NCBI GenBank assembly: GCA_037379345.1
Contig: CM074515.1
Coordinates: 33,855,801-33,919,800, forward strand
Length of the DNA stretch: 64,000 nucleotides
Direction of reading: 5' to 3'
DNA from: Perna viridis
Lineage: Eukaryota
The position numbers and the translations under genes were made by a program. Under the pieces are notes generated by a model. That model did not search any database. It saw only the letters and a list, made by a program, of their open reading frames with translations, and had not been told where the DNA came from. Below, in pieces: positions 38,601 to 52,705 of the stretch (its first letter is position 1; the number at the start of each line of letters is the position of its first letter).

Positions 38601-41579
38601 GCTCATATTAGGCAACAAGTCTTGTAGTTCAGAGAACTTGTCGCCACAGAAAAAAAGTTCAAACCAGCCAGTAATAAGAAATATAGCTTTATTTATACTT
38701 TCATAGCAGTTACACACAATGAACACACACACAACAAACTGAAGTATCATGTTTTAACAGACTGACACAAAAACTAAAGTAGATCATCTTCATGGTGGAA
38801 TAATTTGTGACATAATTATGTATGAACATATTGACCATCACACATTACAAATGAATCAAGCATCTGAATACGACAAGGTTGAACATAATTACAAAGGAAT
38901 ATTTGCTTAATGGAATATGTAAGAACTTCAACAGGTTGACATCACTTGAATTTAAATGGACAAAAGAACCCTTGACCAGGTCCCATGGCCACATAGTTAA
39001 AATTACTTAAGTCTGAGAATATTTTTAACTTCCATGGTAATTCTGATCAAAGTACTTGAAAATGATGACACCACAAACAATTAAGAATGATCTCAGATCT
39101 AAGTAATTTTTCATGTTCCATCGAGCCTGTTCAATATCCGTCAAACTCAGCATTGGTATGGAATAGCATTTGTGTATTACAATGAATAATGCCTTGAATT
39201 TTCAATGGAACATTCCTAACTGTTACTCTTAGTAATCCAAAGTACGGTTGTGATTTGTGTCAGAAAGACGAAACTTGGGTCTTTAAGAAAAATCGTTCTT
39301 ATCCCTGTGTAAACTCAAACATTTCACATTTTTGGGCTACTATGGTATAGGATTTCTATAAAGAAAAAAATCATTTCACCATTTTCATGAAATATTATTG
39401 AGACATTCATACTATTTTGTGTACTGTAAACCTGGACTTTTTTGCAACAGAAATATTTCCCTGTTTTTTGCAGTAAGACCAATAACATAAAAATATTTTG
39501 CAAATATTTTCTTCAATTTAATTTGATGTAAGAGTAATTTAAGACTGGACTAAAAATTTTGATTCTAAAAATAAACAACAACAATAAAATAGATCAAAAA
39601 ATTCATGGGTAACAGTTATATGAAAGCCTTAAAAATATTTGATATCATGTATGGAATATGTTTTCAATGGAGATAGATTCAAAGTAATAAAGGATACTAA
39701 CTATTCTTGGCTATAAGTTATGATCTGCTCTTTTAACAAGAGTAATTATAAATACTAGCAAATAAAGTTTAAACTTGCCAATAATGTTTTATAATACATG
39801 ATACGTGTATATTTTACAACAAACAAACAAATTACAGAAAAAAGCAACACATCACAAACAAAATCTACAGAAAATATTGCACATAATCAAATTTGTAACA
39901 TAACTGTTGACCATACATGTATACAAAAGTATTACTAAATGTAATCCTATATTTTAATAACAAGAGAAAGCCATAATAATGAAATTTAAGGATCTCATGC
40001 ATACCTATTGACCTTTGGAACAGTTCAACCATGTTGACTTGTGTCAACCTTTTAAAACTTTCCAGGTTTAGAAATCGTGTGAATGAGCAGGTACTATTTT
40101 ACTCCACAACCTACTTGTACCAACATCTCTAGCTACAGGCCTGAATGCATTACAGCCCCTTTAGAGTGCAAGTTTAAAAAAAGCAGAAAACACAATAAAA
40201 AAGCAGCATTCAAACCAACAACATGTTCACTCATTGCCAAATAGACAAGATTTCTGAGGTAAACTGGATTTCTTTATTACATGTGGAATAAACAAATAAC
40301 AAATATTCTTAAGTATCAGGCAGTTTGTAAAAAATGGTAGAAAACAAAAACACCAATCATAAATCAACCATTATAACAAAATGAAAAATAGATATATGAC
40401 ATATTCTTTCTGGTAAAATGGGAAATAATCCATTGAAATGCATTGCAAAATAACATTTCATGGTAAGGTAACTGATTAAAATCACATTCTTTTAGAGCAT
40501 ATTACATGTCTGTAAAAAATTTTAAGTTATCAAAAGTTGATCATTTTGAACAAAAATGTAAACTAAGAGGTGGGTTTTTTATTTTCATAGGTCTAACTTT
40601 ACAAACTGCCTGATTCTTACGAAAAGATGTAGTTTAATAAATACTTATGAGACAGTTATGGGCAAACTTCTTAAGACTTGATGAATTAATGTTTTACAAT
40701 ATATAAATATTATGCTTTGTTAAAGGCATTGGTCTGGACTAGGTTTCATAAAAAATTCCATATTGAGAATATTGTCAAATCCTTCATATTTTTTCTCCTC
40801 AAATCTTCAATTTATAGTGATCTGTTGAGGAAAAGATCAATTTTATTTTATTTATTTATTTTTTTTAATGAAATTGGGCCCTGATTTCCTGAACTGATCA
40901 TTAGTGTCTAAACATCTATTGATAATCCAAAATCAAGAAACCTGTCACACTTATTCCTCAGACAATTTTGAAATTTAAAAAAATTAAAGGAAGATTGTAC
41001 AACTTATTATTTCCGATAGGAAAAAAACATAAAATGATCTGTAGTTGTTTCTTAACCACAACACTCTAAGTTTACTTCATTTTAAATATAAAAAGAATTA
41101 TCCTTTGGTTTTTAGATAACAAAATAAATAATAACTGATCAATGCCCAAGAAATTACCTTTAAATAAATGATTCAGATGATCAGTTCATCGATGCTTGTA
41201 TGTGTTTACAGGAAGAGATGAAATATTCATATAAAGGCCAAAAATAATAAAAGTCTTGTTTCTTTCTATACCAGTTAGGCAAAAATAGAGTAGGTAGGTA
41301 GGGAAATCATTTTATTTTTCAAAAACATTTTCCCTTGAAAGTTAATATGGCAACAATCTAAATTTTCACAGCGCTTGAGCCAAAATGGCCATTAATGTTT
41401 AGGGTAAGGGCTAAAAAAAAAAAACAAAGGGAAGGTAGGGTACCAGGAAACAGACATATTATTTTTTTGGCCTTGTGGCACCAAGCATCAATTTGAACAT
41501 TAAAATTGATCATAAAGAAGGTTTGTATTGCACTATTACATCTAAAGAACTCAGTTTCTCAGAAGAATGTCCCACTTAA

Positions 41580-41950
41580 GTGTTAGTGTTTGTAAGAATC
41601 AGGCAAAATGGGAAAAATCAGAAACATTCATGTCAAAATCCCACCGATCTGACAATGTAATATCAGTCAAGGATACTTTCTCTATTATTAAAGGCCATTA
41701 TTTAATCTCTGCATCACTTGCTTTGCTCAGAATTTTTTCAATAGAATGTAAGAAAAATGAGGTTTCTGACAGTTATCTGCCCTTGAAATGTTCACTTTCA
41801 GTGCATTTCAATGAAATTATAACTCAATGCCCCATATGACATGGAAAATATTGTCTTTTTCCCTTGATTCTGATCAAATTACATTATCAAAATGATGGGT
41901 TTTTCCATACCATACTTCACCAACTGCCTGATTCTTACAGAGACTGATAC
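41580..41950. mobile_element. TTAA-flanked MITE (K2) in the predicted TMX3 3'UTR
   Basis: TTAA TSD; same sequence family as 1294-1680; a reversed, more decayed copy lies at about 40313-40632. Confidence 0.8.
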
Positions 41951-42007
41951 TTAATTGTCCTGCTCTCTTAATTGTTCGTTCGTGCCCTGGTTTGTAATAA
42001 ATGATTC

Positions 42008-42072
42008 CTACTCTGCTTTTTCATGGTCTTGAGCAGCTTCAGGTGTTTCTGTTGATGTCAGCTCATCATATG
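42008..42072 (-). CDS. TMX3: TMX3-like terminal exon (AYDELTSTETPEAAQDHEKAE*)
   Basis: tttttttAG acceptor, phase 1, TAG stop at 42008-42010. Confidence 0.82.
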
Positions 42073-42464
42073 CTAAAAAAAGGATGATCAATTTAAAGTT
42101 TTATGCTTTTATTATAATATACTACTTTTTACATAATATATATCAAGTTATTTTGGTGGTTGTAAAATCTGGCAACTTAGAAGCAAAAAGGTAAAAACAA
42201 ATTTTGCCAGATGATAAGTGGTGCAATAAGTACTTAAGCCTGTATTGGGTGGGATTTATTTGGGCATTTTTTGACAGACCCCTAAATACTCCAAAATAGC
42301 ACTCGGCAAAAATTACCTGCTATACTGAAGGATACTATTTCAATGCTGTTAAAATTTACTGCATTTGTAGTTTTTTCCCCTTAGTTTTCCTTCTCTCTGT
42401 TTCAGTAATAAAAGGAAAATTGCACAAAATAATAATCCTACATTCAGACCAACAAAATCATTAC

Positions 42465-42645
42465 CAGGTGGTTTTTCCTCAATTTTTTCAGGTGGAAATT
42501 CATCCTCATCTTCATCATCAAATTCATCTGCCATTTCATCATCTATTGGTTCCATACAACACAGACTGTAGCATACAATACTGATGACTATCGTTGGGAG
42601 GCAGAACATTAACAAGAACAGCCATCTAGAAGACTGCCACACACT
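42465..42645 (-). CDS. TMX3: TMX3-like exon, transmembrane helix and acidic cytosolic tail
   Basis: tacAG/GTaatg, phase 0->1; LFLLMFCLPTIVISIVCYSLCC resembles TMX3 FLFGLPLGVISIMCYGI (recalled). Confidence 0.9.
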
Positions 42646-43595
42646 CTGTAACAATAGATAGCACATTAAAAGGAACAGCCATCTGAAAAACTATGTAAAG
42701 CACTGACTTTGACATAAAATTGGTATTCAGATGAAACTTAGAACTAGGGAAAAATGTCAGGGATTTTTACCACTTCCAGGCAAATTTGAAAGTCATTATT
42801 TGAGTCAAGTAAGTAATTGCAACTGTATTGATATTAAAAAGAACTAGCTTAAAATCTAGACACAGATTAAATGATGAAAAGTTGAAATCTCCTTGTCCAT
42901 TGCCCAGTTAACTGCCTAAAGAAGTTCACCAGGTTATGGTCTATTAAACCAGGGAAGACAAATTCTATTACGTGAACATCACTATATCATTCGCTGTAAA
43001 ATCAAGCCAAATGGACTCATACTCTATTGTTTTCAAAATTACTATAAAGCTGTAATACGATATCTTGATATATTATACAAAATTGCAAAATTGTAATAAA
43101 AAGTAAAACTAAGTGTTGTCTGCTACTTATAATGACTGGAAGTAAATTATATAGTATTATTTTAACAGCATTAACTTACAATTTACACAACACATCCACA
43201 AAAGCATAATACCATTAGAATTGTTGTTTTCAATTTCATGTAACTGTTATTTAAAAATAACATTATACAACCTCTAACAAAATGCCCTTCCTTTTATTTA
43301 GTTGTTTTTCTGATTTTTCCCCCCTTTTTTTAGGTGTATGGCCAACAAAGAATGGGGAGCTTTGATCGATTGATGTTTTTTTACTATCTTGACTACCCTT
43401 GCTGATCCGGCATGACCACCCCATGCAGGGATTTTGTTAGTAGATGCCTGTTAGTAGTTAGAGGTAGTGGAGCCCAGCTTTCGGGATAACTGACCGAAGA
43501 ACTCATGTGAGCTTACCCCATTAAAGGTTATAAATATTCTCTCCTCACACAGATTATCTACTCCATGGTAGTTGTACATTTGATTTCTCATGGAA

Positions 43596-43950
43596 GATTG
43601 ATTGATTGATTGATTGATTGATAACGGTTTAACATTCCATGGCAAATATTTCATGCATTTCAGGATGAGAACGACTGACCAATCAAACAAACCAGTCACA
43701 CATGTTAAGCCTGATTTTTATTGAGTTAGCTCACAAAAGCATCAGCTCACAGGTAGTCATAACACTCCACTCGGGCACACTTTTCTGACTTGGAGCCAAC
43801 AAATCACCACCACTCTATCCCTTCAAATATCCTGTGCTTGATGGAGAAGCAACGACTACCAATTTTGAAGTCTTTGGTATGACTCCACCGAGGATTTAAC
43901 CCACAAAACTCACACTCAAGGCGATTACACTACCCTGACCTTGAGTCAGT
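43596..43950 (-). mobile_element. tRNA-derived SINE (Meta-type-like) with (ATCA)n tail
   Basis: Decayed A/B-box head; tail cctgaaatgcatgaaatatttgcc...atcaatcaatc; TSD-like tcatgg(a/t)a; partial relatives at about 2200-2690 and 37005-37220. Confidence 0.65.
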
Positions 43951-43991
43951 TCATGGTAAAAAAAAAAACAAGCTTTTAAAGGTCAACTTAC

Positions 43992-44060
43992 CACTACCAT
44001 GACAACCAGGTCATACAGTAACCTCTTGACCCTCATGAAGAATCCTGTACCACCATATGC
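43992..44060 (-). CDS. TMX3: TMX3-like exon (AYGGTGFFMRVKRLLYDLVVMVV)
   Basis: gtAG/GTaagt, 69 nt, phase 0-0; GG....R.KR...D motif of TMX3. Confidence 0.88.
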
Positions 44061-44924
44061 CTACAATAAATAGCATACAAGTCATAGCCTATAATTACTA
44101 ACTCATTAATTAGATAAATTCTTTCACTTTAATCATCAGCACCATTTAGTATATGTCAATTTTTTTTCCTAAATCTCATCAGTATATATATCTTCAAATA
44201 AAAATTCTAAATTTTACTTATTTTTTAATTAACTTTGAACAGTTACAAGGTAGTGAAAATGTCATAATTTTCTGTAGCATAGTCATATAAAACTAAGATA
44301 GGTTGGTATCTAAATTTCATTTAACCTTTATTTCAGTATATCCTTATTACCACGGGTGAAAGCTTGAATAAAATTTGCATTATACTTGCTATTATTTACA
44401 CATTTTGATAAAAATTCTGCATGCAAGTAACAAGAATTTTTCAACAAAAAGGGGGTTCCAATCCCAGGAATCCCCCCAATCTGGACTTGCCACAAATGGA
44501 AAAAAACCATGTTGCATATTATGTTGTGCTAAGAATATCCTCACTCTTTTATTTTGTTCAAATCTGAAAAGTGGAGACATGGTACAAGTATGGTGCAAAA
44601 GCAACATACCAAATATCTTAGCATTCCCTCCAAATTTTTAGACGCTGAAAAAGCTGTTATAGAAAAGTGCAATGCACAGACAGACTGACTTATGATCATA
44701 CAAAGTGATTGAGCCTTCACTCTATGGAGTAGAGTTATAAAGAATATAAATAGTACTGTAATTGTCATATTTTGATCCTTTTTTTATTACCTCAATTCTT
44801 TATTAATAAACCAAAGACCACATTCTTATGCTGAGTAGTCAATACAAGGATACAAAGTGTCTTTGTTAACTCTTGGGTCAAATGAACAGTCTTACAGGTC
44901 CAGTTAAAAACATACAATACTTAC

Positions 44925-45117
44925 ATCAATTTTTCCATCCTTTATGTTTTCCAAATATTCAGCGAGAGTTTCGGATGTCATGTCATCTAGTTGAAAAGGC
45001 GGAATATAAAAGTAATGTGAATCTGGGTCAAGGACAATCATTATTGGTGCTGCAGCAAAGGACAAGGTGATACTATTTATAGTTTCCGTCTCGGTCATCC
45101 ATAGGAACTGGAACTTG
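44925..45117 (-). CDS. TMX3: TMX3-like exon, b' thioredoxin-like domain (KFQFLWM...IKDGKID)
   Basis: ttttAG/GTaagt, phase 2->0; FQF..M...IN...P...VL pattern of TMX3. Confidence 0.88.
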
Positions 45118-45272
45118 CTAAAAACAACATTGAATAAATTTAGAAATTATAAGTATATTTCTTATTTGTAAGTTGTTATGCTGCAATGAAAGAAAAATAT
45201 TGAGTTTAATAGAAACATACCTAATTAATGTATTGAAATTTGCAGCAACACCAAATTCTCAAGACTGATTAC

Positions 45273-45475
45273 AGAGGTGGACCTGGGGTAAGGGGCATAA
45301 CTCTTGAAATCAGTGCAACATAATCAATTTCATCAAAGCCTATCAAGTTATCATTTGAAATAGAATAAAATCAATCCATGTTCCTTTGATGCTTACATGA
45401 AATTGACGTAAAATGCTTTACAAAAACGTTCCAATGAATTGTAAGAATTACATCCCTTACTCTAGGTCTACCTCC
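45273..45475. mobile_element. Kolobok-type TTAA MITE (K1)
   Basis: Decayed left TIR, intact CTACCTCC-TTAA right end. Confidence 0.8.
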
Positions 45476-46330
45476 TTAAACACTGAGGCTTCATATTGCA
45501 AAAGGTACATCTTCTTGATGCTGGATTTGATGTCATTTTTTTTTAATTCATTGGATATTTGTATACTGTATGGTGGGTGTATTTTGAGTGGGGTATTTTA
45601 GCTGTCTGTTTAAAAACACCAAAATAAATCTCACAAAATATTTATACCAGTCTTAAGTACCTAGTGCACCACTTATCATCCTTGAAAATTAGAAACACCA
45701 AATTTTTTTGTATACCTTTCTGCCTAAAAATCACCATATTTTACATCCATCAAAATAAGCCCAATATTGAATCAATTGTATTTGGATTCCAATCTTCTTA
45801 TGTTTTTGTATCTAATACTTTTGAAGAGAAGTTACTCCATGAAACATGTGCCCAGCATACCAAATTTTATAAATATAGTTATTTGATTGGTATTTTTGTA
45901 TTTTGAAGAACTTATTTTAGTTTTTCGTTTTTACTTGTTGTTTATACTTCCATTTTCAACACTATATCTTTATTGATTGACTTGTAAGTAAATATCTAGC
46001 TCTGGTTTTCCTTTAACTAATTTGTAATAGCTGTCTTATACAATCAAACCATACAAATCCAGTGGGGCAAAAGTCAATACATGTACGTGTGAAGCCATCC
46101 ATTGTTACCATGTCAACTTAGAACTGATATTACACTTAAGATTGGTGTAGCCAGACTTTGTAACAGGTCACTTGAAAAGGCTATAGGTTTCACACATAAC
46201 CATCCCCTATATAATTCATAAATTTAAAGTTGTGACTGAAAGGCTATTATCACTGTATGAAATTGAAGGACATGACAAAAATAAAATATTTCAAGAAAAA
46301 ATATATGTAATATAATGCTGAATTATATAC

Positions 46331-46384
46331 CTGTGAAATTTGTCTTTCTGATGCTTGGCAAGAAAACTAATGACATCTTTGATC
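46331..46384 (-). CDS. TMX3: TMX3-like exon (IKDVISFLAKHQKDKFH)
   Basis: ttctAG/GTatat on minus, phase 2-2; aligns by eye with TMX3 RLKSIIQEVARDYRDLFH (recalled). Confidence 0.8.
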
Positions 46385-47522
46385 CTAGAATAAAAATCAA
46401 AAATATAGGTACTAGAATCTAAAAATATAAAAAATGAATTACCTCCCTTTTGCTGTATGATCCAATGGCACAATTCTTATTTTGAACATATTAGTGCAAC
46501 TAGAATAGATGCAGAGTTAAATAACAAACATAATAGCTATTGAACTTTATTGACATATGAAACAATGCCAGATAAGTGTTCTTTAAACAATTTTTTAACA
46601 AAATTTGTTAACCAGTTTTTTTTTTTTATGGAGAATTGAGGCTTTAGTATACACATCAAAGGAAATCTTGTTTTCATTGGGGACCAGATTTCGTGGTTTG
46701 GCCTAATCACGAAAATCACGAAAATTGGTACCCCTGAGATCACGGTACTGTTTAAAAAACCAGCACAATTCGATAATGATTTATTTTCACTAATTTTACA
46801 AGCAAGAAAATTTATATGTGTTAAACAAAGTGTTAGGTGCAAAAATAAATAGTAGCAAAATTGAATTGATATCATGAATAGAAAAATATCATAAAATGCA
46901 AAAAAATAAGCTGTTTTACAGTAAATCTTCAGTGATAATGAACCTGCCAAGGCTTACATGTTAAATGTGATATTTCAACCAACATAGGTGTACAAGTAAT
47001 ATCAGGTATAATACAGCCATACTCCCAGACAACTTGAAAAGTAATTTATTCTTAAATTGAAAATCTTAAAATGTTGACTTAAATAAAATCAGATATATAT
47101 TTATCTTAAGATTAGAATTTGTGATTTGATTTTAATGTACATGTATACATTTCTTTAATCTGATCATTTATGAATTTATTTACATGTTATCCCTTTATCA
47201 TTTTGGAATCAGAAAATCTACTGATATTCATTAAATGGTCCTTCCATTTATGTACCAGTCTTTATAAAAATCAGACAGGAAGTGATTATGTATGTATGTA
47301 TGTATATCACAATCCACAACAGTTAAAAAAAATCACTTATATTTCATAGAAACATAGAAATAGTTACAGACCATGTAACTAGTCTAAGTTTTTCATTTTG
47401 TTTTTGCATTTTTGAGATAAAAATTATACAGATTTTTAATGAAAATGGGACTTTGCAAGAGTTATTGTTCTTGATTTGGTTGATTTTAGTGGTAATCAAT
47501 GTATTGTTTTCTCAAAAATTAA

Positions 47523-47888
47523 GTACCATTCTGTGTAAGAATCAGGCAATGTGTTGCACATCAAATTTCCCAATTTAGTAATTTTTGCTTTTAACATATT
47601 CAGTACAATAAAAACAACCAAAAGCTATTTTTTACCATGAAACATCCGTGACGTAGATATTTTTGACTGCTTATAGAGGGAAAAAGTGGAGGGAAACTTT
47701 CCCAAATTTTTTCATAGTGCATTTCAACTAAACTTGATGAATTAATATCCTAAGAAGACAAATTTAACAAACGTTTTATTTTATTTCTGGGGGTTATGAG
47801 GTAAAAATACAATAAAATCTCTGTCTTTCTTTTCTTTTTGTCCCACTCCTTATACACACTTTGCCTGATTTTTTAGACAGAGAAGCAC
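47523..47888. mobile_element. TTAA-type MITE (same family as 5267-5633) nested in another repeat
   Basis: Starts TTAA-GTACCATTCTGTGTAAGAATCAGGCAA; the host repeat resembles 10630-10980. Confidence 0.7.
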
Positions 47889-49057
47889 TTATGATCTAGA
47901 TGCAGAAAGGACAATTAAGTTATGAAAAATTATGGAGATTGAAAAAAAAAAACCAAAAAAAAAAAACATAAACAAAAATCTTATTTTCGGGGGTAGGGTT
48001 CTAAACCAAAAAAAAAAAAACACTTCTACCATTGGTATTGTCTGAATTTTATAAGGATTTGTACTAAAATAATCCTTCTTTTTATGCCTGGGTGGATGTC
48101 TACATCAGATACCATTATACATCTGGAAATTTTTTTGTGGATCCTACAAAAATTAGTTCAATGTTAAGCAATACTGCAATAAACCAGTTTAATTTAACAA
48201 GTTAGACTCACACCAAAGGTATACAATACAAAAAAAAACAATATTATTTTAAGCACAAAAAGCAATACACATCAATCAAACTAGAGATTTATTCTACAGC
48301 ATTGTTGACCAATTCACAAGAGAATAGAGTGGTCTGTCTCACCATGACATATCAGTAGGTCATCTGAAGAATTTACAGAATATTTTAATATATAATGATA
48401 GCCATAACAAAAAGTAATGTGAGTGGTCAATCTCACCAGGACATATGGGCAAAGGTCATCTGAAGTGTTTTGTGAATAGTTAATGATGTCCATAGGTAGA
48501 TAATATATAAGTCATCAATGTAAAATATGAGATAGTATGATAGAGGTTCCTGTTCAGGTATTTAAAGTACCAGTCAAGAAAAGTAAAAGGCAAAAAAAAA
48601 AAATTGGATAAGTACTTGCAGGCATTATCCTCTAAGTTTGTAGTGCCATGACAAAAGCACACATATACAGTATCATTAAATAAACTGGTAACAATATCCA
48701 CTAGAAATACTGTTATCAAGCTTCCAAGAAAATACCCCCACTTCAAATGGAGCTGAATGTTAAACCGGTTAGTTGGATTATCTTCCTTTGAAAAGTCAAA
48801 ATTTCCAACAGCTGAAGGGGCAAATTTGACCAAAATTCTTCTACAGGAGTGAATTAATCAACAAAACTTACATATCTCACATTTCGAGGTAGACTCCCAC
48901 AAAGAGCATGTCTCCTGCTTTGCGAGGCTAAATACTCCCACTATGAAAGATTCTCACACATAAAAAAGATGCCATTGAAAATAAAAAATCCCTGATCAAA
49001 AGATCATTTGAAGATGAACAAGTACAGATACATTCCTTGAAATGTGCATCCTTCCAG

Positions 49058-49374
49058 TAGATGACTTCCACATTCACTTCCATTCCGGAAAAGTTCTTCA
49101 ATTATATCGAGGTCAACTGAGGTCAGCAGGCGTAAGACATTGCAATGGAAGCCAAGAAAACAGAAACTTGATTCGATTACGGTCAGGAATCTTAAAATGA
49201 CAGATTAAATAGATTAAAGAAGTATTTCCGATATATCAATGTTCTGAGATGTATTTCCACATAAATATTACTGTTCGTGTAGCCTTCGAATCTGATACCC
49301 ATTCTTTGTCTAGTATAAAACCTTAAACCAGTTTCCACTAGATTGGGCATAACTAGTGAATGTGAAGTCATCTA
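49058..49374. mobile_element. TIR-bounded non-autonomous element
   Basis: TAGATGACTTC(C)ACATTCACT and its reverse complement at the two ends. Confidence 0.55.
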
Positions 49375-52300
49375 TTGAAAAATCTTTTGAAAAAAACTAT
49401 TGTTGCCTTTTCCACTTCATTTTGCTACAAAAAGTTTGTCACAAAAAAACCTCCTCCATAAAATAGTTGATATGTTGGAGATCTCCCATATACCCACTCT
49501 CTGAGGTTAACAGAAATGTTACACAAACATTAACAAACAGGGAACCAGACTTCTACATATCTGTTTCAATGTATTCAGACCTTCAGTAAACCTTACACCT
49601 GCTTTAATTAAAGTACTAGTCCATATAAATAATTTCCCTACCTGCTAAACATTCACCATACTGTAACCAGATTTTCACTATTTGAAATTCGGCCAAAAGC
49701 CCATCAAACAAATGATGCTTTTTAAAAATTTTTTTATCTACATATGCTATATATTCAAGTTACGATAGTCCTTTCAGTTTTCAAATTCAAATTATTTTTT
49801 AGAAACCTTACATTTATATTCCATAAAACCAAATCAAGAACAATAACTCTTGCAAAGAGCTAATTTCATACACAATCTATAAAATTTTATCTCAAAAATG
49901 CAACAACCAAATGAAAACCAAATGAAAAAAAACTATGACTATTTATGTGGTCTGTAGCTGTTTCTAAATAAGGAAAAAAATATATTCTGTAGGTTTTTGA
50001 CATACATAAATTATCTCCTCTCTGATTTCAAAGACTGCTACTTAAAAACAAGCGCTATTTTTTAAAAAGACAGTCAACGCATATTCTTGGTTTGTTAATA
50101 CCCAAATCTGATTAAGATTTTATTTGGTGAACTGTGTGGTCACTGTACTATGTTTCGTATTTAAATTATTTTATTGGTTCAACAAGTAAACTATTTCCAA
50201 TTATTCTGCACATAAAAAAATACTCAATGTATAAAAGTGATTGAAAATATTCTGGACACCAATGCCCCCAATGGAGCCTTAAATTTCAAGGTTGCTATCA
50301 CATTTGTCCAATGGAATGTGAGGTTGTAAGCTACATCCGTTAGTTTGTCATGGTTAAGCATCATGGATGTCACATGATGTATTAGCGAACTCAATACCGA
50401 CTGTGTTGGAAAACAAACCCTTCAGTCTAAAAAAGTTCAGCTCAGGCAGGTATCACTGTAAAATACAATAAACCCTTTTGTGATAAGTTGGTGAGCATGC
50501 TCAATGTACACTTTCACGAGGTAGGGCTTAGGTAGAACAAAAGAATTTTCCTCTCGGAAGTGTATATTGAGCATGCTCCACGCATGCTCATCGACTATCC
50601 TACAGTTAGCACAAAAGGAGCTATTTTGACAGTAGAAAGTACATTTTTTGTAGGTAAATACAGTCAAAACACTTTACTCCAAATCATTTTGGCTTCAAAT
50701 CACTTTTATTTTCAGAGTGTCAGCTTGAATTTCTATTTGTAGGATTAACAATATCATAACACAGATTGAAATATTTTTTTTTAATATTTAGGGTAAGTAG
50801 CCACTTGGGTCTGTTAGTGATTTAGGTATTAAAGTTTACAATTTTGTAACTTAACTGCCGTGATAGACAATATTGTATCATTTTCATTCAGATTAGTCAA
50901 TAAATTTTCTTTTCTTATCATAATTATACATAGCAATAGTAAGTTTCACAACTACATTAAGAAGCATGTACTAAATGATGGTAACGAGAAATTGGAATGG
51001 TATCATGGAATAGGCAGAGGCCATAAAAATGGTAGTGCCACCTTAATACATAAACAATTATGGTGATTCGAATTTTACACTTGACTTAAAAAGGCATTTA
51101 TTTTTTTCTGTTGCTTCACTAGAAATGCCTTAAAAATATTTTCTTTAAAAACTTCATATTGTTGCTAGCAAGTACTTATTTATTATCCATCAGCAGCCAA
51201 ACTGCATCGGTGGTCACACAGTAGCATGCTGGCCTTGTTTCCATTCTACCCCTTTTCACATAACAGCAAAAAAACTGCTCTAATATATTGGTATCATGCT
51301 GTTGTCTACATGGGCGACTGCAATGCTGTTTCCAGCAACCATAGATATTTTATGAGTATATTTGTATGATATCGTGTTTAAGGGGTTGTGACAGGAACAA
51401 TCAATGAATAAAGAGAGGCCACTTTCATTTTAGTCAAATTCTTCTTCGATGTCAATCAAAATTCAGAACTGTAGGCCAAGCTTGAACCAAGCGTTTGTAC
51501 ACGCTCCCATTGTTCAGAGTTCGATCTCAGCAGTCATATTAAGCTGATGGGCATTTTGTTTATTTTATATTTCTATTTGATTCTTCGACCTTTTTATGCA
51601 TGAAATTTGTGACTGAACATAAAAAAAAAAAACAATAATCAATCAGCAAATAAATTAGTAAAAATGCACTGCCAACAACTGTTAAGATCACTTTGGCAAT
51701 CAGCGAACCATTCTGTTATATCCATCCCTCATTTTTTGCACTGAATCAAAATACAATTTGTATCACAAGCCATTATAATTTTCTACACCCACTTACAAAC
51801 TTGCTTATATAAACTGAAGATAAAATTGTATTTAGTCTCAAGTAAGTGCGAACTGAAACATTCCAAACTTTGATAAAAATATCAAAACCAGTTTTTCAAA
51901 AATGTCCATGTTCAGGTTCACTACATGATTTTTTCAAGATCTAAAAACAAGATAAAATAAATGGTTTATAAAGTTCATATGTAGAGATTTTCATGCATTA
52001 TTTATGAATGAAATTTGTTGACAAAATCTTTTCCTTGTGCTGGGTTAGATCTGTAGATTTGAGATTTACCATATTATCCTATGTTTGAAAATAACTATTA
52101 CTGCCATTCACTTGCAGATTTTGTTTTTTGTAATACAACAAAAATTTTGGGTGGGAAGGAAGAATGGATTAATAATCTTACATAACTTTGTTAAAATCCT
52201 GCAAACAGCAGTATTCTAGAAATGATATTAGCTAGCTACCAATTTAAACAAAAAATACAAACTGAGCTGTTCTCTCCCCATAAATTAATTTTGATACTAT

Positions 52301-52464
52301 CCCAGGAAATCAGGGGAAAATACAGCCACATCAAAATCCACCAGTTATCCAAATCAACATGCCAAACAACCTGATAAATCATCCATATAGATTTGTATTA
52401 ATCAATTTAATCAATCAGTCAATTAGTGAAGGAAAATGTTGAAATGTGCCAGTTGCTCTGTTAA

Positions 52465-52677
52465 GGAGGTAGACCTAGGGTAAGGGACATATAACTCATG
52501 AAATCAGTGCTATGTTTGTATCATATTCAATTTCACCAAGTCTCTCAAGCTTCCGTTTGAAGCAGAATAAAATTAATCCAACTTAATTAGATACTTACAT
52601 AAGATTGATGTAAAATGCCAAATACAAACGTTCCATTGATTTTTAAGAGTAGTGTCCCTTACCCTAGGTCTACCTCC
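52465..52677. mobile_element. Kolobok-type TTAA MITE (K1)
   Basis: TTAA TSD, perfect ~24-bp TIRs. Confidence 0.88.
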
Positions 52678-52705
52678 TTAAGCACTTCCATTTACAGTTA
52701 GTAAT

